From: Dicyema japonicum
Lineage: Eukaryota; Animalia; Dicyemida
Direction: 5' to 3'
Assembly (NCBI GenBank): GCA_011109175.1
Contig: RDEW01000015.1
Span: 328,310-392,309, forward strand
DNA length: 64,000 nucleotides
In this document: positions 40,428 to 53,399 of the stretch, piece after piece
How positions within the stretch are numbered: the first letter of the stretch is position 1
How the letters are laid out: the number at the start of each line of letters is the position of its first letter
Notes under the pieces: generated by a model
What the model was told of the DNA's origin: nothing
Database searches by the model: none
The model's input: only the letters and a program-made list of their open reading frames with translations
Made by a program: the position numbers and the translations under genes

Positions 40428-42597
40428 TCATGGAGTAAGATTGACAAGTCTTTCCAGTGCAATAGATTTGAACTGATCAAAATTTCCATAACTATAGTCA
40501 AAGAAAATCTCCTCTCCTAATGTCACGTGGTACTTTGCAAAGATCCCAATCCTGTAATCCCCATTCACGAACAAAATCTTCGCATAGCAGTTTGGTCGGA
40601 ATGAGTGATTGGCAAACCGGATCTCATTCCCCTTTCTCGTAGCATCCACAACATACTCTATCATTACTCATACCCACCAACCCTTGTTTAAATTAAAAAG
40701 AAAGCTCGACTTGTACTTGTCATATATTGGTCCCCTTCTGTCAGCTTCATCCTGGGTTATCAGCTAAACTTAACCACGTGTCGAAACCTCTCCACAATAT
40801 TCAGAAATAAAGGCATCCTTTTCCACATCCTCTCCCATAAAGACTCCCCAACCAGTCACAGTAGAGCGAGCCACATACAGATTCTTCTTCAAGCATCTCT
40901 GCATGTTCACATTCCGACAGCATCCTTTATTCTCTGCACGTTAGGCAAATACTCCACCAATATTTGAGGCTCCACAGGAAACACAAAGGTCGGGGTCACA
41001 TTCTCTCAAGGCCACAAAGCAGGGGCATAACCTTGTGTTACAAAACCCTCGACATTTACATCCAGTAAACCGATAACTGCCTAAAACTCAACAATCAAAG
41101 TCTACAATTTTTGCTACAATTACAAAACTTTTCACAAAACTTTGACCGACTAAGACACGTGCAGGAGATCTCCTGGCAAGCCTTACCAGGGTGAGAGCAG
41201 GGGATGAAACTCGAGGCTTCTTGTTTGGTCTTCCTCAGTGACCTGCACATTGACGAGTAAAACCGATTGCTGTTTTGCTTGCTAAAATGTCAAAATAAAT
41301 AAACTTTATCTTCTTTTTATTCTTCTTTCGCCTCAAATTGTTACAGTTTATGTCATTCCGCGTTTCCTTCGAAGGGACCGTAGCCAACAATGGTAAATAC
41401 CCACAAACCTACCGTGAAACCCCCGGATTCACCTCCGAGCACCTCTTCGTGCACAAAAGTCGGGTAATAGCACAGCAGTTGTTCCCCAGGACCTCGTAGA
41501 GGATGTTCATCAGTGTCTTCTCTCTCGCAGTCCACCGGGAAGAGTATCTATCAGCAGGGATGAGGTATGCCAGGGCAGAACTACAACTCCCGGTGCATTC
41601 TATCGACCGATTCCTTGGTGACTCGCCCACTGTGGTGAAGATCTCGGTGGATTCGTCGGCTAATCATTTGAAAGAAGCCAAACTGTGGTGGGGACAGTCG
41701 TACTTGTAGCATCTTCTACAAAAAAGAGTACGAAATGAGTGCATTTCCTTGTCCACTGGTAAAACGATGGTCATTTCTCTGTCAATATTTGCCGTTATTA
41801 CCCCCTTAAAGTCAATTAACGAAAAACCGAGCTTTTGTGGGTGAAAATTCGTTCATATCGTTGTTTGAACTCTTCCGGTGTTAAAATATTGGAGAACACT
41901 TGGGACACACAGTCATAGACAATTTCCTCTGTCGGTTTTTCAAAATGCATGCCCATGAGGCCTAATTTGACGGAAATTCGACTTACCAACAAATTCGGTT
42001 AATTTTGTGAAGATAATCTTTAGATCTTCCTCATCCAAATTCTCCAAGTCAGTCTGGTCGTGAACCAAATAAATAAATCCCCAAACTCTACCTTCCCGTT
42101 GTAATTATGGATCAGTTCTGTGACAAACACGTCTTCCCCCTCCCCAATATAAGGAATGTTCTGAAGGACGTACTCATCCTCTACCTTTCTTTTAGAAAGG
42201 GTACATACCAAGATATTCTTCTTTATTGGCTCCCAAGAGAAAGTAGTCGGAAGGGAATTAACGTACGGGATGTCCTCGCATATAAGGAACTGTGAGTCAC
42301 CCCAGGAGTTTTTGAATTTGCACTGAATGTCAAATTTCCTTACTTTTACGGGATCTTTGAAAATAAATGGACGAAATTTGGATTTCGAAATTGGCTTTTG
42401 TTTGTTTTGGTGAATTTCTTTGATCTTAAGTCGTTTTTTATTAATAATTTCCTTGTTTTCACAGAACAAACGCTGAAGGTGTTATTTTTATTTACCTGAA
42501 CTGACAAATCTGATGATTTTTTATTATTAATATCTTCAATTATCTTGTGAACCATTTTCCTGATTTCATCATACTTGGAATCGGACGAGTTCCTCAT
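40428..42597 (-). CDS. EZH2: Enhancer of zeste H3K27 methyltransferase
   Basis: [31 protein letters not shown] domain and SET domain ([27 protein letters not shown]); twelve introns, eleven of 23-25 nt. Confidence 0.95.
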
Positions 42598-43499
42598 CGC
42601 AAACTCTGAACCCAATCGAACAGTAAATTTTTTAAATTATTAATTTATTATCAAAAATATTATTAAAAAAAAGTTAAAATTATATAGAACACTTGATTCG
42701 AATCTCGCTGCTGTCCATTTTGGCTGATCGTTTCACGCATTTAAGATGCTTCCTGACTTTATCATTGATACCTCACAGTTGAACTGGATTTTCTACATGG
42801 ACTCACGTGCAATCAAAAGTAATTGTTAACATGCCTTGGGTCTTTCCAACGATTAGTTGGCATTACTTTTAAAATAAAGTGTATGTCCTGCACATGCAGA
42901 GGTATAGGCATTATGGCTCTTGTGAGAGTGCTGATATTATTCTGCCTTCCAAGGGGAGCATTATATATTTCTGGTCTCAACTTGTGGTCTTTGGAATAAG
43001 TTCATTCGTAGTTGCATAATCAATAATTTTTGATATCAGCTGTTTCCTGGAGGATTGACTAAAGTAACACTTCAGATGTTGCGAATTTGAATCTGTTCAG
43101 AGATTTAAGTTTCGCCTGTAGAATACAGAATGAGAACAGAGACGGAATTCTGTCTTCTTTCCAGATGACATTGCTACTATTGGAACTCTGTAGTTTCATT
43201 TATTTAAAACCATCTTGTGGAACTAATAGAACAAGAGATAAATCATGAGAAATGCATCAAGTCTTAGATAGAGTAGAAACTAAGCAAAATGATGACTTTA
43301 CTTGTCTATTATTTAAGCCAAATTATATGGCTTTTAATCTTTGTTGGATCTTTACAGCCAATATTAGATTTTATATAAATTAGGAACGCTCGATAATAAT
43401 ACTCTAACTTATAATTTCCTTGCTACTCATTGCTGACTTATCTATCTTCCAAATTTTGTGCTATACGACATTCAAATGAGTACCACAGTGTATCAGACG

Positions 43500-44350
43500 T
43501 TTCCTCGTTCCAAAACTTCGTATATCCACCGTTTCTTAATTCTATCATTTCTTCCTTTTACTGGTAAGGAAGAACGAAACATCATATAAATCTTGGGGGA
43601 TTAAAATATTCGTCGCCACCTCAACCATCCCACAAACTAACCACTTGCTAATTGGTCTTCGATATAACAAAAATATTGATCTACCAATCTGGTGTATTCC
43701 CTAAGGTTAAGTCACTGAGTGGTATAATTTATGGGTCTCTGAGAATGCTGAATTGAAATTTTATTTCCAAAGACAAAAAAAGTTGGGTGCTACCAGCTAA
43801 TAAGTAAGACCCCAAAACTTCTGCCAAATTGGTCATGCCTTTAATGCCTTTGGAATAACAGTTAGGAGAAGGAGTCTTTTAGATCTGTTCTGAACTTATC
43901 TAACACGGATGAATGTCTAGGTCGTTTGAATTAACTCGTATCTGAGAGGGTCATTTCGCTCAGGATCCCAAGATCGCGTCTAACAGTTACCTCTGTAATT
44001 TCAAAGCTAATCAGGGCAATAAAGACGATACTCAAGATGTCTGAATCCGCCTTCTCTGCTTTGCATCTCTTGTACTCGGATTACATACAACCGAAATGAA
44101 AGAAGGGAAATTAAAATCAATCATCAAGAAAAAATGGCTCCAAATAATAAACTGTTAACCTGGCGACTACACTTGGAAGTTTTTCGATCTCTGATTTTTC
44201 AGCCCATCATGCAGGGTCAAACAAGACAAGCGATCTACGTGCATAAGTGAACACGAAAATTATGGTCTGGGACATTTGGGGAGTTTTACGTTCGCTCTCC
44301 AGCGACCATAGAATTCTTTTATCAACAAAAGAAACTCTCAACAGATCATT
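43500..44350 (-). mobile_element. Highly decayed LINE RT relic
   Basis: Peptide scraps such as VRRDLGI; mostly stops. Confidence 0.35.
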
Positions 44351-44446
44351 TAAAGCCATCCACCCGGCCCAGTAGATCTACGCGAGACGTAAATTTGACG
44401 AACATTGCACATTTTATAACCACCACATGGGTCCTATCACTAACTA

Positions 44447-44635
44447 CATTTCGTCAATCACTAACGACAATAGTCAGTAAATAACGACAATAGTCAATCA
44501 TTAATGACACTTCGTCAATCAAAAACGACGATAGTCAACCATTAATGACACTTCGTCAATAAAAACGCTTTTTCGTCAACCAATATAAGACACTGGTCAA
44601 TCAATAATGACAAACGTCAATCAATAACGCAAGAA
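44447..44635. repeat. Minisatellite with ~21-bp units (GTCAATCAnTAAnGACA..)
   Basis: About nine imperfect tandem units, each carrying GTCA and a TGAC/CGAC-like motif. Confidence 0.8.
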
Positions 44636-44720
44636 AATTAATTTTTACAATACTAGTTTTTTTTTTTTTTTTTTATAAAACAAAAATTTATTAAACAATA
44701 AAATATTATTTATTAACTAT

Positions 44721-44839
44721 GGGGGAGAGCGGCTGCTGACATCACGGAGTAAGCGTTTCCGCGAATAACAGCGATACCAATTCTTTGCCTCAGCCAGACC
44801 GCTTCCCGCACGTCTTTCTTGCGGTGGGCCAATTCCCCC
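44721..44839. ncRNA. Candidate 119-nt structured RNA
   Basis: GC-rich island with GGGGGA/TCCCCC ends, a long bulged helix and a CCGCA/TGCGG hairpin; no family recognised. Confidence 0.4.
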
Positions 44840-44939
44840 GATTTCCTTTAGGAAAAAAACAAAAAATATTCATTCATAGATATAATTTCACCATTAACTG
44901 CTCTCATAATTTTTACAAAAAAATATTTGAAAACCAAAA

Positions 44940-45890
44940 TCTATCAGAACCTTGGCTTGGAAACTTCCTAAATGGAAGACGAGCACAAGTACTCTGCAAC
45001 ACATCAAATCAAGATCTCGCTATTTCCGAAATGGAGTCTCTCAAGGCTCCCCATTATCACTCCAACTCTTCAATCTCTACATAAACGACATGCCACAAAC
45101 CTGTAATGAAAACTGACTAATCCTCTCCTATGCCGACGATATCATTCTTGCCTCCAAGGACAGAAGCATTCAATCAGCGACTCAATCCGCTCAACAAATG
45201 CTTGACAAGCTGGAACTATGGCTCTTGAGGCGGAGACTCGACACATCAGAAACAAAGTCCTCTCTCACGCTGTTTACCACTTACAAAAGACAGCTCTGTG
45301 TCGAATCAAAAATTTTTATGAAGAACGAGGCTATTCCTATTAACAAAACACCAAGATTCTGAAAGTAACCTTTGATCAGGGACTCACCTTTATCCGACAT
45401 GTTGAGAACAAAGTAACTTCTGCTTTGAAGAAAATGAGAATTTTAAAAGTGCTCTCAAAAACACTTAAGACCAAACCGGTGGCTTGCCACGATTTATGAA
45501 CAATTTATCCGACTAATGAAGTATGCAAGTCCTTCATGGGCAAGGCAGATTTCACGATCCTCCTCATTGATACTATCCGCAATCGAGAAGACTGCAATAG
45601 TTAATTGGACCAAAACACAAAATCTAGCCATTGAAAATTTCTTAATCGAATTACAACGGAAACTATTAAAGGAGGCTAGTTTACCAAGCTGCCCTCTATT
45701 CCATATAATATCGAAATATCTACAATCATACAGAAACTTTGAGCAGATGCCATGTCCAATGAGAAGAGCTGTTCAGGATTCTCGACCCCGCCGGACTCGT
45801 ATTCTCATTTGTCGATCTGGGATCACTTAGTTAGATGAGAACTTTTATTTCTTTCTCTTTGACCCAGTGATCCTTGGGGAAATAATAATA
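44940..45890 (+). mobile_element. 5'-truncated LINE family C
   Basis: Near-identical to 30690-31605; ends ..CRSGIT* with stem-loop and (AAT)n. Confidence 0.9.
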
Positions 45891-46559
45891 ATGTATCCTT
45901 TCATCTTCAGGAGTAATCAATTCAAAAGAGATGTCTTAGCTTTAAGTCATCAATAGCAGCCCCTCTCTTCACATAATTCTTCCATTTTGAGAACAAATTC
46001 TAAATTGGATTAAGGAAAGTGAGTATGGAGGAAGATGTAGTATCTTGAGGTTGTGGGATTGGATTACTTCGTTGAGTCCATTGTAATGATGAATCCTAGC
46101 ATTGTCCATGACGAAGTAGGGATCAATAATTTATACTTCGTCTATAAAGACAATTCGGTTATCCCCAACGTCAAATAAAATTTCTTGGAAATTTGTTCTA
46201 TATTCCAATCGTGTCTCAATGGTTCTTTCACAGTTTCTTCTCTAAGGAACAATGTTGAGAGTTTTCACTGTGTAGTGAAATTCATTTAAACAGCGGTTGA
46301 TGGTACTTGTAATTACGGATATCTCCATCTGCTTGCACAGTTTTATTTTTCAACGCTCTCAAGATCTTTTCTGATCAGCAGTCAAAATTGTTCTATGATC
46401 CCGCCACGCTTGCAACATTTGGTCTTTCCATCCTTCAGATATTAAGAAAGAATTGTACATACAGTTGTACGAGGAAGACCCATAACTCGGAATATCTCAG
46501 TATTGACAAGATTATTCTTAGTGTGGTTAATAGCGAGCTCTCTGACTTCATTTTATATT

Positions 46560-47460
46560 TTGCGCCTTGACCCCAGCCAACAAAAGGCCTGAAGGTACAA
46601 CTCTCTTCTCATGGGAAAATGATAGATACCTCCCCTGGGACACCACCTGTGTGGATGACTTCTTCTTATTAAACCTTGCAATGAAGCAACTCACCCAGGC
46701 TCAGCCTCGGAGATGACTGAAATCCTAAAGAAATACACCTCGATGAAGAGTTCATACAGTCACTCGATGGAAGTTTCAGTTCACTTAGTACTGAGCTAGA
46801 TTTCAATGGCCACGTGCTTTCGATCTCTGGTAAATCATGCTTTATCGCGAAGGTTTAAAACATGCAACGTGAGTTCGATTCGGTGACGTTAAAACTTTCT
46901 CGAGTTGGTAAAAATGTTGAAAGGAAAAAATGAGAAAGGTCACTTGCGTTACCAGATGGTAAGAATATAATTCTTGCCTATCCGAGAGCGTTGTGGCAGC
47001 TGACCCAAAAGAATGGGCGAGGCAGGTAGTCCTGCAGGTACGTAGCAGGCTATCCCGAATGCCCTATAATGGTTGGCCATACTTGGCTGAGCTCTGCAGT
47101 GGCAGATTCAGTACTGCTATATCTGTGAGTGAACTCAAGAAAATGACTGTAGACAAAGAGGGTCAGAGGAGGAGTATTGGTCTAAAGCGGTGAGTACCAG
47201 ATGACCACAACTGTCAAAGAGAGCACGAGCACCATATTTGTGATACGTTGCAGCTCAAGCATGTTTATGAGGTCTTAGGTTCGGAATCTCACTGCAGATG
47301 TCCCACGAGAGGACTGTAGATTTACCCGCAAGAACCTGTATCAATAATGTTGTGGATTATGCAGTGGAAGATAAGCAAGTAGGACCACTGGGTGACATCT
47401 CCTAGTGTTGTATGCACCACAGATCACCTATGAGGAATTGATGTACAAGCACTGATTATC
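46560..47460 (+). mobile_element. Decayed RLE-type RT relic
   Basis: Fragmentary RT-like and C-terminal peptides with many stops. Confidence 0.35.
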
Positions 47461-48713
47461 CGGTAAATGGAGGGAGCAGATCTGTGCCAAAATTGTTTGG
47501 AGACAAAGCTGGAAGCACTGGAGGGGCACATAAGTAGTGTGACGAGAGGGGTTAAAGGAAAAGCACCGCCTATAGTAAAGGGGCTAATTAGTAAACTCCG
47601 TGTTTATAAATGGGACCTCAAAGAGTTGAGGAGAGCAAAGGTGGAGTTAGAGGGGGCAATAATGGTGTATAAGAGGAAACTCTATACACATGAAAGTCGG
47701 TATAAGAGAAGGAGAGAAATAATCTGTTTGAGTATAATCGCAGATTGTTTTTTAATGGCCATAGTTTATGTCCCCAGCAGGAAGCGGAAATGCTTTCCAC
47801 ATGGGGTAGTATATAGGAGGCTAACCCACGCAGAGAAAATTTATTGTTACTTTACGTCCGTTCTGATATGTCAAACTGGAATTGGCAATGTAGAATCATT
47901 ATGTGAGCCTCACATTGATAATTATCCTCAGAGTTTTCAAGTTACTGCTGGACGGGATTTGAACCCTGCTATTTGAGGTTTACTTAAGCATTGTTTCAGA
48001 ATAGCATTTTTATATCTGGAAAGTCTTGTCTTATCGACATGCTTTCGAGAGTCACCAATTTATTATGTTTGTGAAACTGGAGTTGATAATTCAAAAGGGA
48101 CATTTATATTAAGAACGTTCCAGAATTAATAAATCCCTTGTTCCTTCTGAAAGTAGACTTGGCCAAATTTCCCAAAGTTTTGTGCCGAGGTGCCTACCCT
48201 CATTCCTGTAGAGGAATCCGATAAGTGAGTTTCCATCTTCTCCGGATCCACGACTACGGGTCATAGTTTCCGCTTGACATGAGACAATGCTTCTTAAAAT
48301 CAGGAAATAATAAATTATTTAAAGACTATTGCCCATTTAAAGATTCTATTTTTAGTAACTATTGACTTTATGGTTATTTAATCCAACATACCAGCATGCT
48401 ATAAGAGGGGAACAACACCAATCGGAAATGTTACGTCATGGAGTCACTTGCGACAAAAGTGGGGGTATTTCAAAGTGCGGTGTCTCATTGTAATAAACCC
48501 CATTAATTAGTTTTCCGGTACTTCCTTATATTAAATAGTGTTAATTAGCATCGGATCCGTGGCTATTCAAATATGCCGTTATTTTCTGTCGTATAAATTG
48601 AGGGGAGTACTTTGCCGTTCTAAAATGAGCGAACAAATTGAAAGGAATGTTAACCCAGGGAAATAAAAGCCCAAATTAGAAAATTTGAAAAAAATATAAA
48701 ATCATTGAGTAAA

Positions 48714-48944
48714 ATGGCGGAGAGAACACTTGAGGAAATAAACGACGTCTTCCTAGTTCTATATGTGATGTCTTCAATTGATAGTGACTATATCGGTGTA
48801 AATGAGACTAATACTTAGTTTCCCCCTTCTTCAACTTGAAAGAGATTTACGTATACAATATGTATTGATTTGTGAAATTTTTAGAAAGAGATTCAAGAGG
48901 AACTCAAAATTTATACTAACATATTAATTTCAATCGATCCTTGA
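48714..48944 (+). CDS. Possible small orphan gene (~57 aa)
   Basis: AAAATGGCGG start; GT-AG introns of 23 nt (48796-48818) and 34 nt (48851-48884) give an open frame MAERTLEEINDV..SIDP*; no homology recognised. Confidence 0.3.
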
Positions 48945-50689
48945 ATTTTTTAAATATTTTTGTAAATAATATTTATATTTTTATTCAATAATAATTCAGT
49001 CCTTCCGTAATGTTTCCGTTACTCAACTCAGCTTAGGCTAATTGGTGTTTTGCCTATTCCTCCTCTTCCCTTTCCTATTAAAGTGGCGTCCTGTGATTCA
49101 CCTGTTTCAGGTCGTACAAAAAAAGGATCATTTGTTCTCTCCACTGAAAAGGTTTCCACAACTGCAAGGAATGGATGTCTTTTACTTTTTATGCTGGTTC
49201 CGGAGACTTGTGTGACGTTGAAGGACTCTGTGCTAGTGGAAACTGGATACAGTTAACTATTTGTCTACTGTTAACTTATTTCTATGTGTATTCGTGGTTA
49301 ATAAATTAAATTAATTAATCTCAGCTTAGGCAGAATTCACACTTTAAGGAGTAAAGAATATAATCCAGACCTGTTGTTGTTATCTTTTCGAGTTCTTAAG
49401 TTCATATTTTTAGCTTGTATTTTGGTAAGTTATCGAAATATCTAAGATTTTGAGGAGTTATTGAATTGTTTTAGATAGTACTGTTGGCCTTTTTTAATAA
49501 TTTTCTTATTCGTTCGAGAAGTGCTTCAAGAGCCATAGACTATGACCGATGACTATGTTGGAGGTTTTCTGCATAAATTGTTGATGTCTGCCAAAATTAA
49601 TTTTATGTTTATATTAGAAGCAATCAAAATTATATTATACACGTGCAAATTATGACAAATAGTCTTTGTCCAAACTTTCTAAGACTGATAGATTAAAGTG
49701 GTAACGCAGCTCTGGTGCACTATGACACGACTTAGTATCTTCATCCCCTCAGTATGGATGCAACGTCCCCCTTCTTGGACTTAGAAGTTATCGGATACGC
49801 GAACTCGAAAATAAGTATTCGGAATGGTCGAGTAATTTTTGTTTTTTAATTAAAAACACTATTCCTTAAATTGAAACGACGGAAGCAGACCGCACAAAGA
49901 ACTGTCGTATAATAATTCCTACCAGAGCGATCGTGTTTCGCGAGGACCTTAGCAAAATTATGTCTTGGGTACTTCCTCCTAAGAGGCAAATCGGGCTCTT
50001 GGCTTCCTCCACCGGACCAATTATCATTGATTCTATATATCTAAGATGCCCAGTTTATTTTCCTTCTGGAAACTTCGGACTTGACAAAGGTTATGGCAAG
50101 AGACCGGATGACATGACGACCATGCCATGGAATCAGGGAAGCTATCTTGTTTGAGACTCACTGTGTAAGGATCTTTTTCAAACGCGAATCTGTTCATGTC
50201 ATCGTTGTGCTCTTGTTCCACAGCGGTTACTGATGAAGATTAGAGGAAGAAATACAGTAGTATTAAAGATCGGTTAGCCGTCCAGCGATGGGGACGTCTG
50301 CCGTTCTTGGCCCCACCACGTCAAAGTTTATCAGGCCGATCGGTGACTGCCGAAGGGAGAGTCTAGAATTAAACGACGGCTCATAAAGAACATTGGGTTC
50401 TTGGTCATGAGGGGTAACTCCCATTTGTGCTCAAGCCTGAAAGTCATAATGGAACCCTTTGGCTTTCATTGACATTTTGTTTTTTAATTGAATTAAATTA
50501 AAATTAACTTCTTCCAGTGGTTAAATATACTAAAATCCTTGGAGTCACATTTGACACGCTTCTCTGCTTTAACAAGCAAGTTGAACAACCTTGCAATAAA
50601 GAAAAGTCAAAATCCAAGATCCTTCGAGTAGTAACTGATCACTTGAAGGGCCAACTTGTGGAGTGTCTAACGCTCCTGTACAAGCAGTT

Positions 50690-51760
50690 CATCGTACATA
50701 TCACTCCCTCCTACAAAAGCTGATTTGAATAGTAATCTTCCATGATTTGATTGCAAAGAATCACTTCGTACATTCTCAGAACATGTACGAAAAGTCACCA
50801 GCGTGAGGAAATTACTTCTTGATTCCCGCAATTTCAATTGATTTCTATGAAATGTGTTAGTCTGTCAAGGTCCTTCTTTGATGTTCCCCATGTTCCCGAG
50901 TTATATAATAGGACTGGTTGTACAAACGCGGTATATAAGCGCATCCGAAGATTTAAGGAGATAAGTTTTCTGAGAGTCCAAATACTCCACATTTTTTTAA
51001 TGCACACAATGTCAACATCTTTCTGCGAGCAATGTCTTCAGCATCACCCAAAAGCCTCTTAGTAAACCTCCATTTCTCATCAATCCGTGTCGGTAACCGC
51101 TGAATCGAAGTTAACTCTGTTTTTTTCTGAATTGATCTTCAAAGACCACCTCTCCAGAACTGTTGTGGCTTTATCTATTACAGTTCTTAGTACCTCCACA
51201 TCCTCAGACACAAAATCGATGTCATCAACATATATTAATTCACAAAATGATTATTTAAGTGACCCATTTCTTTTATAACGTCCCTCAACGCAGCTTCCAA
51301 ATAGATTGCAAAGAGAACTGACGAAAGCGAGTCCCCTTGCGGAATACCAATTCCGGTCGTGAATTTTTCCGAATAGACATTCGCCACTTTCACCATGAGG
51401 ATCGTGTCAGCCAGCAAAATACGCACAATCCTCAAACAGTCCTCATCAATTATGTCTTTGAGAACTTAGTAGTTTATCTCGGCAGACACAGTCGAATGCT
51501 TTCGATAGGTCGACTCCCAGAATATACATTGTTTTTCTGTACTTCTGACATATTGCCATAAGCCACCGATGATTCCATACTATATCAGCGGTTGATCTTC
51601 TTGGTCTGAATCCGCTTTTGACTTGAACAACCGAATTTGATATTCAATGTTGTAATCGACAATGTTTTTTCGCAAAGTGGTCGAAAGCACGATCGGCCTG
51701 AGATTTTCAATTGGACCTGCAGGTTTGCCAGATTTTTGTAAAGGAAGTAGAACTCACATC
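50690..51760 (-). mobile_element. RTE-like LINE RT fragment
   Basis: LRPIVL, GIPQGDSLSSVLFAIY, YVDDIDF and INSEKTE. Confidence 0.75.
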
Positions 51761-51769
51761 GCGATGTCA

Positions 51770-53160
51770 TTCTATTTCCTGTTTCTTTTGATTCCATAAA
51801 TTCGACAAAGATGAAGATGGATGCACTTTATCACTTCATTATATCTTCGGAGATAATCACTGTTTAGCATTTTGCCACACTGACTGGCTAAATGATCAAC
51901 AGTTTTCTTGCTTTTTTTACAATGGTTGCAAATGACCCGTGTGTGCAAAAAACAAATTCCTATCTTGCAAAAGACAGTACAATGCTTCGCTCCGTGGGCC
52001 GTTATTTCCTTTGGATAACCATTCTGAGGAAGTATATAGGTCGACATTTGTTTCATCAATACATTTGAACATAATTGAGTGTAGTGTTCTGCAATAAATT
52101 TTATTTAATAAATATTTTTTCTGAGTGTCCTTGAGGGACTTAATATCCATGCTTTCCCTGTCGGCAATTGCATATTTAGAGGCAAGAAATCCTGCGATTG
52201 TAGCCAAGTGCCATTTTTTTGTTTTTATTACTCGCAGAATCCCCGACCTTCGCAAACACACAGTCGACTGTTTTTCCAAACTTTTAAAAAACTGGAAAAG
52301 TATTAATTCGCTCTTTAATGAAATCGAGGAAAGTCCTCTTCCAAAAGTCTTCCTGTCCAAATACAGCCTCTCTTTATTTGCAGGTTTGAGGTGCAACTTG
52401 AGTGACGTAAGCAGTTGGCGTATTTGTTGGTCAATATCATCAAATTCGTATGGTTCAATATTAATTAATCCAATATAATAGTAGGGACATTGAGAGTTCA
52501 TTTATTGCGCGAAATAAGTTTACAGAATTTAACTTTGTTTTTGAAAGCATGGTTATTTTTCTTAACATTTTCAAGTATGGACTCCATGACTTTGTTTTTA
52601 AGAACATTACTTCCCTCGTCTTCAAAAACACCCAAATATCGATATCCACTGACTTCTTCTAGAGTCTCACAACATGATAACGATTTAACATTAGAGACTG
52701 TGATTTCCGAATTTATCTCCAAGCCGGCAACATGAAAGAAATCGCGAACAACTTTCATCATTCTAATAACAGTATCTTATTTTAGCCCAAATATCTTTAG
52801 GTCATCAATGAACAACAAATGATTGGTAGAATAAGCCAGACTATTAGGATCCTCTAATTAATTTGGAGTCTTGGGAACATAGAGTTAAGAATCCTGCTCA
52901 AGGGTTCCATTACCATAACAAATAGTTGAGGGGATAATGAATTTCCTTGCAGAATTCCACATCCCAGCTTTACAGAACCAATTCTTCTTCCATCTAAGTG
53001 GAGATTTACAGTCCACTTTTTGACTATGGTCTTTACAAAGTTAACAATCCAACGGGATATTCCTGAACAGTCCGATACATGAAATGAAAATTTATGGTCA
53101 ACAGAATCAAAGGCCTTCTTCACATAACCCAAGCAGAATAAAAGGCGTTTCCATACTCCT
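51770..53160 (-). mobile_element. RLE-type (R4/NeSL-like) element, RT plus CCHC
   Basis: KKAFDSVDH, GILQGNSLSPQLF, LLFIDDL, GNNGPRSEALYCLLQDRN and CNHC..VDHLASQC. Confidence 0.85.
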
Positions 53161-53399
53161 TATGTAAGCATTGATTAATAAGGGCCATTTCTACGTGCAT
53201 TCGATACTTCATTTCTTTGAAACTAAAGATTTCAGATGTATAAAAAGTCCATCCATTGTCCATGCTCAGAAGAAGAACAAATGAAAATGATTTCACATCA
53301 TAAAGCTAAGCAGACATTTAGTGCGTTAGAAATATGTTACCACCTCAACCTTTCAACCAATTAATCACTCGAATAACAAGCAAAAATATATTGAAACTT

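Noticed and set aside
8332-42597. Alternative genetic code or stop readthrough as the cause of broken ORFs
   Set aside because: GT-AG micro-introns and a few indels explain the breaks; TAA, TAG and TGA all serve as real gene ends
47467-47976. 169-aa ORF
   Set aside because: No recognisable domain, lies among retroelement debris, and runs into a tRNA-like relic
49028-49331. 12-bp direct repeat CTCAGCTTAGGC as a possible TSD
   Set aside because: The enclosed sequence has no element ends; the right copy looks like part of a decayed LINE tail
50290-50380. Second possible HDV-like arrangement (GACG/CGTC, GCCGTT/GACGGC)
   Set aside because: P1 is only 4 bp, it is single copy, and the core is not conserved
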